From an uncultured Acidobacteriota bacterium (GTDB lineage: Bacteria > Acidobacteriota > UBA6911), in the NCBI GenBank assembly GCA_963827655.1, contig CAWHCF010000010.1:64001-128000 (forward strand): DNA of 64,000 nt, given 5' to 3'. Under the pieces are notes generated by a model that was not told the origin of the DNA, did no database searches, and was given only the letters and a program-made list of their open reading frames with translations. Made by a program: the position numbers and the translations under genes. Of this stretch, positions 42,458 through 53,130 are shown piece after piece. How positions within the stretch are numbered: the first letter of the stretch is position 1; the number at the start of each line of letters is the position of its first letter.

Positions 42458-44902
42458 ATGCAAACACTCTGGCAGGACTTGCGTTATGCGACACGACTGA
42501 TGCTTAACCAGCCCGGTTTCACAGCCGTGGCCGTCCTGACGCTGGCATTGGGGATCGGGGCAAACACCACAATCTACAGTGTCATCAATGCCGTCCTCCT
42601 TCGGCCGCTCCCCTACCCGGAGCCGGAGCAGATCGTCCGGGTCTTTGAGACCACCAGAAGCATGACCGAAAGCCCGGTTTCACCTCCCAACTTTGTTGAC
42701 TGGAAGGGGCAGAGCCGCGTTTTCGAACGGATCGCGGCTTTTCAGGGATGGGCCGCCGGCTTCGCAGGTCCCGAAGGCGTCGAGCAGGTTTCCGCCCTCA
42801 GGATCTCGGCGGACTTTTTCCCGTTGCTCGGGGTTACGACGTCGAGGGGTCGCGTTTTCCTCCCCGAAGATGACCGTCCCGGGAGTGACCGGGTGGTTAT
42901 CCTCAGTCACGGCTTGTGGCTCTCGCGTTTTGGAGGCGATCCCGGCATGATCGGCAAGGGCCTCACGCTCGACGGTCAGAGTTTCACGGTGGCCGGCGTT
43001 CTGCCGCGCGACTTCGAATTCCTCTCGCCCGAAATCGGCATCTGGATTCCGCTGAGGCTTGGTGATGAAAGTCATCGCATGAAGCGCACCGAGCGCTATC
43101 TGCAGGTGATCGCCCGGCTCAAGCCAGGAGTGACACTGGAACAGGCGCAGGCAGAGATGAACGGCCTCGCGCTTGATCTGTCACGCCAGTATCCCGAAGC
43201 CAATGCCAGTAGCGGGGCGCGCCTGGTTCCGCTGCACAAACACCTCGTCCGTAACTTGACAGATTCACTTCTGCTCGTGCTTGGGGCGGCATGCTTCGTG
43301 CTGCTCATCGCCTGCGCGAACGTGACCAATCTGCTGCTCGCCCGCGCCAGCGCAAGGCAGAAGGAGATGGCGATTCGCGCCACGCTTGGAGCCGGCCGCT
43401 GGCGGGTCATGCGCCAGCTCCTCACGGAATCCGCGCTGTTGTTTCTCCTCAGCGGCGCAATCGGGGTTTTACTCGCATGGTGGAGCCTTGACATACTCAT
43501 CGCCCTCTGGCCGCGGAGCGGCGGCGCTCTCAGCTTTGCGGTCTCCCGCCTTCAGACCGGCGGCGTCGACCTTCGCGTACTGCTCTTCACTTCGCTGGTG
43601 TCATTGGCCACCGGAATCGTCTTCGGCCTTGCTCCGGCCTGGCAGACGGCGCGCGGCAGCCTCAACCAATCGCTCAAGGAAGCGGGAAGAGGTTCAACGG
43701 TTAGCCTGACCGGACTCCGCTTGCGTCATACGCTCGTGGTGAGTGAAATCGCGGTTGCGCTGGCTCTGCTGATCGGAGCAGGGTTACTCATCAACAGCCT
43801 GTGGCGTCTTCATAACGTGAATCCGGGATTCAATCCTGAACGTGTGATAACTATGCAGGTCGCTTCACCGGTGGTTGCGTCCAAGGAAGGAAAAGAACAG
43901 CAACCGGCTGCTTTTTTCCACGAGGTCGTGTCCCAGGTCGAGGCCGTGCCGGGCGTCCAGTCGGCAAGTGTCATTAACACGACGCCACTGGCAGGCGAAG
44001 GCTCACTGACTCGTTTCACGATTGAAAACCGCCCGCCGGCTTCGCCGGCTGACGTACCGATGGTGAATTACCGGGTCGTCGGGCCGGGGTATTTTCGCGT
44101 GATGGATATTCGTCTGATGCAAGGCCGGCATTTCGTCGAAGCTGACGGGTCCGATTCAACGGCAGTCGTCATCATCAACGAAGCCCTGGCGCGGCGATTC
44201 TGGTCCGACGCGAGCCCGATAGGCCAACGCATCCGTCGCGGCGGCCTCGACGGGTTCGGTCCCTGGTACGTCATTGTAGGGGTGGTAAGCGATGTCAGGG
44301 CTTACGGGATCGACGCCGACCCGCGACCGGAAATCTTCATTCCGCACGCTCAGTTTCGCTTGCCGCAAATGACCCTGGTCGCGCGAACCGCGGGTGATCC
44401 GTCGCAGCTCGTCAATGCGATCCGCGCACAGATTCGAGCTGTCAACCGGAACGCGCCGATCACCGGAGTGCAGACCATGGAGCAGTTGCTCTCGAGGTCG
44501 GTCATGGCGCGGCGATTCACCATGGCACTACTCACCGTTTTTGCCGGGCTGGCTTTGATCCTCGCCGCGGTTGGTATTTTCGGCGTGATGTCTTATTCGG
44601 TCACCGAGCGCACGCGCGAGATCGGCATCCGCATGGCTTTGGGCGCGCGAGCGGGCGATGTGGTGAAGGTGATCGTCAGGCAAGGGATGATACTTGCAGT
44701 GATTGGCATCGTGTTTGGTCTGGCGGCATCGTTCGCGCTGACGCCGTTGATGCAAAGTCTGCTGTTCGGCGTGAGCCCGACCGATCCGGTGACGTTTATC
44801 GTGCTTGCGTTCTTGCTCGCTGCAGTGGCTCTAGCGGCCTGCCATCTTCCGGCCCGGCGAGCGGCAAGAGTCGATCCCATGGTGACGCTGCGGCACGAGT
44901 GA
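42458..44902 (+). CDS. ABC transporter permease, ADOP-type (duplicated MacB_PCD/FtsX)
   Basis: [11 protein letters not shown]...[54 protein letters not shown]. Confidence 0.95.
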   Translation: MQTLWQDLRYATRLMLNQPGFTAVAVLTLALGIGANTTIYSVINAVLLRPLPYPEPEQIVRVFETTRSMTESPVSPPNFVDWKGQSRVFERIAAFQGWAAGFAGPEGVEQVSALRISADFFPLLGVTTSRGRVFLPEDDRPGSDRVVILSHGLWLSRFGGDPGMIGKGLTLDGQSFTVAGVLPRDFEFLSPEIGIWIPLRLGDESHRMKRTERYLQVIARLKPGVTLEQAQAEMNGLALDLSRQYPEANASSGARLVPLHKHLVRNLTDSLLLVLGAACFVLLIACANVTNLLLARASARQKEMAIRATLGAGRWRVMRQLLTESALLFLLSGAIGVLLAWWSLDILIALWPRSGGALSFAVSRLQTGGVDLRVLLFTSLVSLATGIVFGLAPAWQTARGSLNQSLKEAGRGSTVSLTGLRLRHTLVVSEIAVALALLIGAGLLINSLWRLHNVNPGFNPERVITMQVASPVVASKEGKEQQPAAFFHEVVSQVEAVPGVQSASVINTTPLAGEGSLTRFTIENRPPASPADVPMVNYRVVGPGYFRVMDIRLMQGRHFVEADGSDSTAVVIINEALARRFWSDASPIGQRIRRGGLDGFGPWYVIVGVVSDVRAYGIDADPRPEIFIPHAQFRLPQMTLVARTAGDPSQLVNAIRAQIRAVNRNAPITGVQTMEQLLSRSVMARRFTMALLTVFAGLALILAAVGIFGVMSYSVTERTREIGIRMALGARAGDVVKVIVRQGMILAVIGIVFGLAASFALTPLMQSLLFGVSPTDPVTFIVLAFLLAAVALAACHLPARRAARVDPMVTLRHE

Positions 44903-45116
44903 GATACGTGGTCGCGTCGCCAGTCGAACTCTTGTTCGCGGCCATTGTCGGTGTGCTCGTTAAGGCTCTACTACACCCAGCCCGATAAAGTAGTCCCGGT
45001 AATAGCCGCGGTCGCGGGCCACAACCGTGGTGACGAAGAAACCGCTGGCCGTCAGGTGAGGGTTCGTAGCTCGACGACGTCGTCAACGAGAACAGCGCGC
45101 GCGGCTCTCGTTCAAT

Positions 45117-48100
45117 TCATGGTGCCAGCCGCTTCAATTCCTCAAACCAGTTCTGAACCACGATCATCTGTGTGATGACATCAGGTGGACGCTCTCGGGC
45201 TTGAATCAGTAAAAACCGTTGGCCGTCGGCAGTCACGTCATACCCACGCGCCGGCTGGTTCATCTGGTACGGCCCTTCGAACAGCGCACCGGGCTTGCCA
45301 AAAGTCAACGCAGGTTGCGTGGTAACGCCCACTGCCATCATCTGGACATCGAGCGTTTCCTGAGGCGGCGTCCCGACCCTCTGCCGCGCGTAGAAGAGCT
45401 CGCGGCCATCAGCACGCCAGATTGGGGACATCCCGCCGTCCGTGGACACCTGATAGCGCGGCCCGGGGCCGGGATGCGCCTGAACATATACCTGAAGCTG
45501 GCCGGAGTCATCCGAGTGGTAGGCAATCCAGCGTCCGTCGGGGGACACATCGACTCCTCCTCGGTTTTGCGACCCAACCGGGGCGGGTATGCCCTTCAAC
45601 GCGCCGTTCTGAGAAAACAAGGTCTCCTGTCTACCCGAGAGGAAGGCGCTTGGCCCTGGGTAATACAGCAGCTCTCCAGCAGCCGTCCACGTACCGGGGA
45701 CGAGGTTGTGCTCGCTGGCGATGAGCTGCTCCGGGAGCCCGCCGCCGTCGGCCCGAACTCGGTACAGCTTGTCCGCACCTGCGGTGCTCGAGGCGTAAGT
45801 GATCCAGTAGCCATCGCGCGACCAGATCGGCACGTTGAGGCGCCCAGGAAGCGACAGCCTGGTCAGCATCTCTCGCGCGAGCGAATACAGCCAGATGTCC
45901 CGGTCGCGGCCGAAGGTATTGAGAGCGATCTGCCGTCCATCGGGCGAGAGGCGCAGGGTAGCAAACGCACGCGGCGGAATCGGAAGAGTCTCAGATCGTC
46001 CTGTCCGGTCGACCCGTACCACCGATCGTTCGGCCGGGGCAAAGACGCCGCCCGGCAGGTAGACCAGCGTACCGGTCGACGCGGCGGTAAATTGCGCGAC
46101 ACCCGAATCGCTCATCCCCTCACGTGCATACGCCGCCTGCATGACGTCAGCAACCACTCCGACCGGCCCCCCCCTCACCTCGAGGCGCTGCAGATCGAAC
46201 CGTGCGGCAAGCAGGACGCCTTCCCGCGCGTACACAAGGTGGCCGCTCGAGACATACCGGGCATCGGCGCCCCCATTGATGAGCGGTCGCGTGAGGCGCG
46301 TTCGACGCGAATAGACGCGGATCTGCGTCTGGTCCCATCGTGGAAACCGGTGGTGCGTAACGGTAAAGAGAATGGCATCGCCTCCCGGCAGCACGTGCGG
46401 AAGACGGTAACTGACCTCACCACGGGATTGATCGGGAGTGATGATTTCGGTCGGCGCACCGCCCGAGGCCGCAACTTCCCAAAGTGCCCCCGGCCGCCGA
46501 GCGAACACGATCCGGTCGTCGTCCCCCCAGCTGGCGCCGAGCGGTCCAAGGACCAACCCCGTGTCGGCGACGTGGACGGAGGGGCCGCCGGCCAGCGGCA
46601 GTTTGCGTATCTCACCGGCGACGAAGAAACCCACCCACTTCCCGTCGGGCGAAAAGAAGGGGCTGATAGCGCCCTCGGTGCCCGGAATCATGGTGGCATC
46701 CGCCTGATCGAACTGCCGAACATAGAGGGCTCGTCGATTCGCGCGCAGCGCCGAAAACACGAGCGTTCGACCGTCCGGAGACAACGCGAGCGCGGCTCGC
46801 GTCGGACGCCCCTCTATGCCGCCCAATTGATCCGCAGGCGTTACTCCTACCAGAAGCCGTGTCACTTGAGCCGAGGCAGCGGGGCCGCGTCCCGCACTGA
46901 ACCAGCCGCTGGCAAGGGCGGCTATCGCCACGAGAGCGATCGCCCAGCCAGCGTAGGCGAGGCGCGCATACGAGGGTCGGCCGCGTTCCCCGGTGCCGTC
47001 GCCTGACGGCAGCTCGAGGGCGCCCTCCAGCGCGAGACGCACGTCGGCGATATCGTGGAAGCGCTGTCGCAAGTCCTTCTGCAGACAACGCCGCAGGGAC
47101 AGCCGCAGTGCCGCGGGTGTATCCACCGGGAGCGCACTCCAATCGGGTTCCGACTTGATTACGTTGGCGAGCACCTCGGCGACGCCGTCGCCCGCGAGCG
47201 CGGGCGCGCCTGTGAGCATCTCGTAGACCACACAACCAAACGCCCAGATATCGGTGCGCTTGTCGGCCAGCCGTCCGCGCGCCTGCTCAGGGCTCATGTA
47301 GGGCGCAGTGCCCAGCAGCACGCCGTCTTGCGTGTCACACACTGCGACCGTCGGTGAATTCGCAAGCTGGGGCCCGCCGCCGGTGCCGCCCATCGCCCTC
47401 GCGAGGCCGAAGTCGAGCACTTTCACACGCCCCTCGGGCGTGATCTTGATGTTGGCCGGTTTCAGGTCCCGGTGGACGATGCCGCGCTCGTGCGCCGCCT
47501 CGAGCGCCTCGATCACCTGGCTCGCGATGCTCATGACCTCGTCGATGGGCAGGCCGGGTCCTGCAGGACCCGCCCGACGCGCGATGCGGTCGGCGAGCGT
47601 CTCGCCCTCGACCAATTCCAACACGAGCGCCTTGACCGCCAGCCCCCCGCGTGTCGAAGCATCGCTCTCGTGGACGCCATAGATGGCGCCAATGTTGGGA
47701 TGGTTGAGCGACGCCAGCAGGCGCGCCTCGCGGTCGAAGCGGGCGCGCCGGTCGGGATCGGCGAGCCACAGGTCGGGCAGGATCTTGACGGCGACGTCGC
47801 GGCCGAGCGCCGTGTCGCGGGCTCGATAGACCTGGCCCATGCCGCCGGCCCCGAGCAGTCCGGTGATCTCGTAGGTTCCGAGGTGGTCGCCCGCCGTGAG
47901 CGCGTGCGTCGGATCGTTGAGAGCGCCCGCGACGGCATCGAACACAGGTCCGCGTATCGCGCGACCAACCAGGTGTTCGAAGACAGATCCGTGGCCGGCA
48001 TCGGCGGCCAGCAGCGATTCGACCTCGCCCTGAAGCACGCGGTCATCACCGCACAAGTCACGCACGAGTGCCGAGCGATCTTCGATGCGACAGGACACGG

Positions 48101-48149
48101 CCGAGTCGAAGATCTCCTTCACTCGCCTCCAGCGCTCGGCCTCGCTCAC
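45117..48149 (-). CDS. Membrane Ser/Thr protein kinase with C-terminal TolB/PD40 beta-propeller
   Basis: GAGGMG, VAVK, HRDLKPAN, DFG, GTAPYMSPE; one TM helix; repeated SPDG motifs. Confidence 0.95.
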   Translation of the reverse strand: MSEAERWRRVKEIFDSAVSCRIEDRSALVRDLCGDDRVLQGEVESLLAADAGHGSVFEHLVGRAIRGPVFDAVAGALNDPTHALTAGDHLGTYEITGLLGAGGMGQVYRARDTALGRDVAVKILPDLWLADPDRRARFDREARLLASLNHPNIGAIYGVHESDASTRGGLAVKALVLELVEGETLADRIARRAGPAGPGLPIDEVMSIASQVIEALEAAHERGIVHRDLKPANIKITPEGRVKVLDFGLARAMGGTGGGPQLANSPTVAVCDTQDGVLLGTAPYMSPEQARGRLADKRTDIWAFGCVVYEMLTGAPALAGDGVAEVLANVIKSEPDWSALPVDTPAALRLSLRRCLQKDLRQRFHDIADVRLALEGALELPSGDGTGERGRPSYARLAYAGWAIALVAIAALASGWFSAGRGPAASAQVTRLLVGVTPADQLGGIEGRPTRAALALSPDGRTLVFSALRANRRALYVRQFDQADATMIPGTEGAISPFFSPDGKWVGFFVAGEIRKLPLAGGPSVHVADTGLVLGPLGASWGDDDRIVFARRPGALWEVAASGGAPTEIITPDQSRGEVSYRLPHVLPGGDAILFTVTHHRFPRWDQTQIRVYSRRTRLTRPLINGGADARYVSSGHLVYAREGVLLAARFDLQRLEVRGGPVGVVADVMQAAYAREGMSDSGVAQFTAASTGTLVYLPGGVFAPAERSVVRVDRTGRSETLPIPPRAFATLRLSPDGRQIALNTFGRDRDIWLYSLAREMLTRLSLPGRLNVPIWSRDGYWITYASSTAGADKLYRVRADGGGLPEQLIASEHNLVPGTWTAAGELLYYPGPSAFLSGRQETLFSQNGALKGIPAPVGSQNRGGVDVSPDGRWIAYHSDDSGQLQVYVQAHPGPGPRYQVSTDGGMSPIWRADGRELFYARQRVGTPPQETLDVQMMAVGVTTQPALTFGKPGALFEGPYQMNQPARGYDVTADGQRFLLIQARERPPDVITQMIVVQNWFEELKRLAP

Positions 48150-48733
48150 GTCAACTCCCGGGACCAGCCCGACGTCATTCGACGATAGAGCCAGGCCTTC
48201 GCGCTTCTCAGCTCTCTGGCTACCGTCGATCGTGAGACCGACATGGCAGCGGCGACCTCGTCTTCAGTGAGTCCGCCGAAGTAACACAGCTCGACGATGC
48301 TGCCTTGCCGCTGGTCGAGGTGAGCAAGCTCGGACAACGCTTGATCCAACAGGAGGAGATCGCACCCGCGGGGATCAATGCCCGCGAGGTCGCTGTCGAG
48401 CGTCACCCGCAGCGCTCCGTCCGGACGTTTTGCCGCCGCCCGGGCGCGGGCGTGGTCCACGAGAACCCGCCGCATCATTCGCGACGCCAGCGCGAAGAAG
48501 TGCGCACGGCTTTGCCAGTCGACCTCTCGCTGGCCGAGCAGGCGCAGATAGGCTTCGTGTACCAGCGCGGTGGGTTGGAGCGTGTGGTCACGGCGGTCAC
48601 GGCGCAGATGGCCCGCGGCGCGCCGCCGCAACTCGTCGTACACGATCGGCAGCAGCTTCTCCTCCGCGTGCGGATTCCCTTCCGACCATGCCCGGAGCAG
48701 ACGCGTCACCACGCCCGTTGACGCCGATTGCAT
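48146..48733 (-). CDS. ECF RNA polymerase sigma factor, kinase-associated (ECF43/TIGR02999-like)
   Basis: VTRLLRAW, HTLQPTALVHEAYLRL, SRAHFFA, VELCYFGGLT..EVA; stop overlaps the kinase start (GTGA). Confidence 0.92.
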   Translation of the reverse strand: MQSASTGVVTRLLRAWSEGNPHAEEKLLPIVYDELRRRAAGHLRRDRRDHTLQPTALVHEAYLRLLGQREVDWQSRAHFFALASRMMRRVLVDHARARAAAKRPDGALRVTLDSDLAGIDPRGCDLLLLDQALSELAHLDQRQGSIVELCYFGGLTEDEVAAAMSVSRSTVARELRSAKAWLYRRMTSGWSRELT

Positions 48734-49010
48734 ATCTGTGCGCCCCCCCTCGGTCGAAACCGTGACACAACCGAGTCGAATTTTCCGCGTTAAATAGTAG
48801 CGAGTGACCATGACTATGCCACCAGAGCCGGGCTTGAGTCAAGGCGGGCGCGCCATTTCCAAGGACGGATTGAGTCTCTACCTCCACTCCGACTGACCTG
48901 GCGATGCGCAAGACGGTGTTCGCTCCCTGGTCTTGTTGGGTGCGTCTCCTATCGCCGGGGCCTCTGACGTCATCGGAAACGGTCATTCCGATCGGAAAGG
49001 AGTAACGACG

Positions 49011-50286
49011 ATGAAAGCGAAGTTCAAGTACGCTCCGATTCTCTCGACCCTGCTGGTTGTCGTGGTTGCTGGACGCGGGGCATTCGCCGAGGACATTCGC
49101 GGAGCGATCGCAGCGACCAAGATTATAGCGGAGGACAGTCGGTTGGTGGGCGATGTGACTTGTAGCGTTATAGACAATCCCTGTATCGCGTTAGTCGCCT
49201 CCGGGATCAAGCTGTCGCTCAATGGATTCACGATCACGGGTCCCGCTAATCCGGACGATTCTGCCACCTGTAATCCGGGTGGAGGTCCGCCGCCCGCGGA
49301 CCTCATAAATATCGCCAACCTGACGGATGTGCAAATCCTCGGTCCCGGTCTGGTACAGCGAGCTCGTAGAAACGGAATCTACATCGGGGGGGCGGCCAAC
49401 ACGAGAATTACAGTGAAGCAAGTGACACTGCATCACAACTGTGGAAGCGGTATCATGACCGCCAACATGTGGGACAGCATCATCGAGGGAAATACTTCGA
49501 TCAGGAATGCGATGAACTCTGGTGCAGCTCCACGTGGAGGCCATACGCTTCTCGACAGCAACAATAATCACGTTCGGAGGAACCAATTCAGCGGCAACGG
49601 CTCGGTCTGTCCGACTCCTGCTTGCACCGCTGCTGCCGCGACAGCAGCTTCCAATAACGACTTCGGCGTGGGTCTCATCGGCACCAGCAGTGGCAATCTG
49701 ATCGAATCGAACAGCATCACCGGGAATACAAATGGGGTACTCGTCGAAGTGGGTGCCGCCGGTAATGTTGTCCGCCAGAACAGCATTGCCGGGAACCCTC
49801 CCAGTCAGATCTCGCGAGATTACGGTCCGATCGGATTCGACATAATGGACCAATCGGCAACCAACGGCGCCCGCAACATGATCGAAAGCAACCAGTGTAT
49901 TTCGTATTCTGGCCCCGGACCGAGTCCTTGTCCCAACTTGCCAGCGGGCGATGTAACGACGATACTGACCGCCGCGAACGCGCCGAGCGCCACGGGTGTG
50001 TCTTTCGCTTCAAGTGCGGTGAACGCCGGCGGCTCATTCACGGCCACATTCTCGGGCAGCAATCTCAGTGCGACTACGTACTTCGATGTGAGATTCCGGA
50101 TGCCAGGATCGACGACAGATCTCATAGCGCTGAATTGGCAGCGGGGAACATCCGCGCCACACGTTTTGGCCGTTGGCACATCGGCGGGCAGGATGGATTG
50201 TCACCGGTGTGCGGGCACATACGGACTCCGGCGATGCAGCTGGTCCATTTACTCAGGTTTCTGCGACGCTAAGCGTGGTCCCATAA
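49011..50286 (+). CDS. Secreted right-handed beta-helix (NosD/pectin-lyase-like) protein with a C-terminal ~95-aa beta domain (frameshift ~50190)
   Basis: AAAGGA RBS, signal peptide, LSLNGFTITG, repeated N..I..N.I.GN motifs; the shifted frame ends WIVTGVRAH...VSATLSVVP-stop at 50286. Confidence 0.82.
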
Positions 50287-50316
50287 GTTGGATTGAGAAC
50301 CGTCGCAAGTCGTCAA

Positions 50317-50374
50317 AAAGTAGAAAGTTGAAAGTGCTGAGTCCAAAGGCTTTCAACTCAGCACTCAGCACTTT
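50317..50374. terminator. Heptamer-repeat hairpin between convergent genes
   Basis: aaagtgctgagt (50331-50342) pairs with actcagcacttt (50363-50374); tandem AAAGT(AG/TG/GC) and ACTCAGC units. Confidence 0.6.
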
Positions 50375-50402
50375 TTACTCTAATGTTACACCCTGTGAAG
50401 AT

Positions 50403-52966
50403 TCAGGGCGCCGAAGCTGGAACGGATCCGACCACAGAACGGAAGAAGAAAGGCTTCAGGAAATCGCATGGCTGCGACCGCAAACCTCTGCTTTCTCTTA
50501 TAACAGAATCAAGGATCAGGTATTCGTCGCCGCTCACAAATGCGATTGGATATTGGTACGCGGACCAATGCACGGCAGTATTGTCGCTCGTGCGGTTAGG
50601 ATCTCCATAAGCTGCAAAGCGGGTCCAATAAGCGCCCATCGAGCGTCGAAAGCGCAACGGTCCGCTGCGTTGAGCACACGGTTATCTGGAGCGCCAAAGT
50701 CATTTCCAAACACGAAGTTCGTGTCGAGGCCATGGATGACGCGGTTGGAAGCGAGACCGTCGACCACATACTCAAACGAATACAAGTAGACCGGCGTCAG
50801 CGTTCGAGCGACGAGTTCGGCCAGTCGGGTTGTTTCGCAGACATATTCGACGTCGCCGGTAAGCTGAGCCAGCGCCTCCTTGGGTGTTGCGAAATCCTGT
50901 GGCCGGTACCTGGCGAGAACTGCTGGAGCGTCGCGGCCAAATTCCACTTCGACCGCCGCTTGATATTGTGCGGCGCTAAGGCCGCCGGGAAAGCTCCGGT
51001 CAACAAAAGCCCAGCCTTCGTCTCGAGTTGCTCCGAGAAGGATGGGGACACGATTGAAAGCCCCTCGTTCGTACAGGAAGCGAGGCTGATCCGGGATCTC
51101 CAGGCCATCGACAACCGGACTCCAATGGGCGGCAGTCTCGACAAATTCCCACCTGGCGGCGGTGCGCAACGCTCGAAGCACCTCATCTCTCGACTTGGAT
51201 CGCATGCACGAAAGAACCTGCGACGGATTCGCACAACCGAGAGCGGCTGCGAAATCATTGCCCTGCGACTCTGCTTCTTCTCGTGTTTTCCATCGGCTTG
51301 ACGCGTAACCACTCTCCATCACAGCCCGATGGAATAGTCCTGCACTTCGAGGCGATACCAGGTGGAGACTCACACTGTGCGCTCCGGCCGATTGCCCGGC
51401 AATCGTGATATTGCCTGGGTCTCCTCCCAATGAAGCGATGTTGTCCCTCACCCAAACCATAGCCGCACGCTGGTCCAGAAGCCCGTAATTGCCGGATGAA
51501 CGGTAATCCGGATTCTCGTTGGTGAGGGCGCTGTGGGCAAGGAAACCGAAAGGACCGAGACGATAATTGGGAGCGACAACGATTACACCATTCTGTTCGG
51601 CAAGCTTCTGGCCATTGTGAGCTGCAAAGTTGGCGGAAGCTGCAACAAAGGCGCCGGTGTGAATCCAGACGATCACGGGCGCCGGTGGCGTGGGAGTCCG
51701 CTTGGGTATCCAGACATTGAGTTTCAAGCAGTCTTCGGATCCTGCGGCTGCCCAGCCTGGTTCAGGAGCGCAGAGAGGAGGTGACGTCGCAAAAAGAATC
51801 GAAGGGCTCCAGGGCGGACTCGGCTGCGGCGGTTGCCATCTGAGATTCTCCAACGGCGCGGCAGCATAGGGAATGCCTAAGAAGGCACAAGAAGCGCCAA
51901 GATCCTGTCCTTGGATGGCTCCGGAGGGTGTTGTTATGAAGCAGGTCGATGAGATAACTGCAAGAGTCGCGGAGACGGCATCGAAATCACCGCTATGTTC
52001 GTCTCTGTCTTGGTGCGCTCGTACGCCGTTTATCGTCCAGTTTCCAAGGGCAGTACCGGGGACGATGCCGTGGCTTCCCGACAGTCCCTGCTGCCAATTG
52101 AGAACCACCAGGTCGCTCGAGCTGCCTGGAGCACGAAAGCGTACGTCCAGGTAAGTGTCGTTGGTAACATTCGTACCCGCGAACTTTGCAACAAAGGAGC
52201 TACCAACCTGCGCTGTAGCCGGTTCGAACTTCAGTTCGCTGACGACCGGGTTCGAGTCAACGCCGGACCATGAGACAGCGTTAGCAACCAGGCGGCCGTA
52301 AGTCGCATTTCCGAGTTCCAGCGTGCCAAGCACAGTGGAAAACTGGATGACGCGACCCGAACCAAACTGCCAGCCCACGACGCCTGCTCCCCCCGACCCT
52401 CCCGCGCTTGTGTAGAAAACAGTGGCGCCTCTTCTTGGGGCAAAATAAGTCTCCGTCCCATAGTAGTAATCAGCCGTAAACGTCAGTGTCGAAGGGACAC
52501 CGCTGTTGAGCAGTGGATCCGGAGTAGCTTCTTTGTAGGTAATGGAGCGGCTTTCACTATAGGAGACATTCGGCAGCACCGGAAGAACGGGAACTAACGC
52601 CGCAAAAGAGCGGAATGCCGACATGCAAATCGTCCATTCGCTTGTCACAAGCCCGCCGCCGGCTGAGACAAAGTTCACCAGCGCGTTCTGACCAGCCAAC
52701 GGCATATCGCCACTTTCGTCGCCCAGATTGGGCAGCAAAACCACGACCTTCTGTCCAGCAAGCCCTTCGCCAGAGAACCCCGTAAACTCGTTGCCCAGAG
52801 TGACGACGTGGCCTTGGTCTTGCAGAATGGTTCGCAGCTGGTCATCGAGGGCTGTCGAACCGCTTGAGAGAACGAGCACGTCGTGAGCGGACGCCGATGC
52901 CGGACCTAGTGCGCCTAATACCAAAGTTGTGAGTGCAGTAAAGAGCGTGGTCGTGAGCCTTCGCAT
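50403..52966 (-). CDS. Secreted type-B carboxylesterase with N-terminal GATase/ThuA-like and beta domains (frameshift ~50655)
   Basis: FLGIPYA, SEDCLKLNVW, NYRLGPFGFL, GNYGLLDQ, GQSAG nucleophile, TRDEG, HGLD; C-terminus MGAYWTRFA..GDPN lies in another frame. Confidence 0.9.
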
Positions 52967-53070
52967 TCGATTCTCCTCTCTGATGGTTGTCTGTGTTAGA
53001 TGTCGGCCCGGAACACGCCTGGCTTCGGGCGTGTGTGCCAGAGAGTAGGCGTCGTGCCATGTCGAAGTCC

Positions 53071-53100
53071 TTGCAAAAAGCTCCCAAAATAGTCCAAAAT
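53071..53100. promoter_or_regulatory. Phased direct repeats, candidate wHTH binding site
   Basis: CAAAA at 53074, 53085 and 53095 (CCAAAAT twice), 10-11 bp apart, in the divergent intergenic region. Confidence 0.45.
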
Positions 53101-53130
53101 TCCCCCTTCTAACAATTTCCGGGAATATCT

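Noticed and set aside
50287-50789. C-terminal extension of the 618-aa ORF 48933-50789
   Set aside because: Artefact of a frameshift near 50190; the homologous domain ends at 50286 and the extension overlaps the esterase gene.
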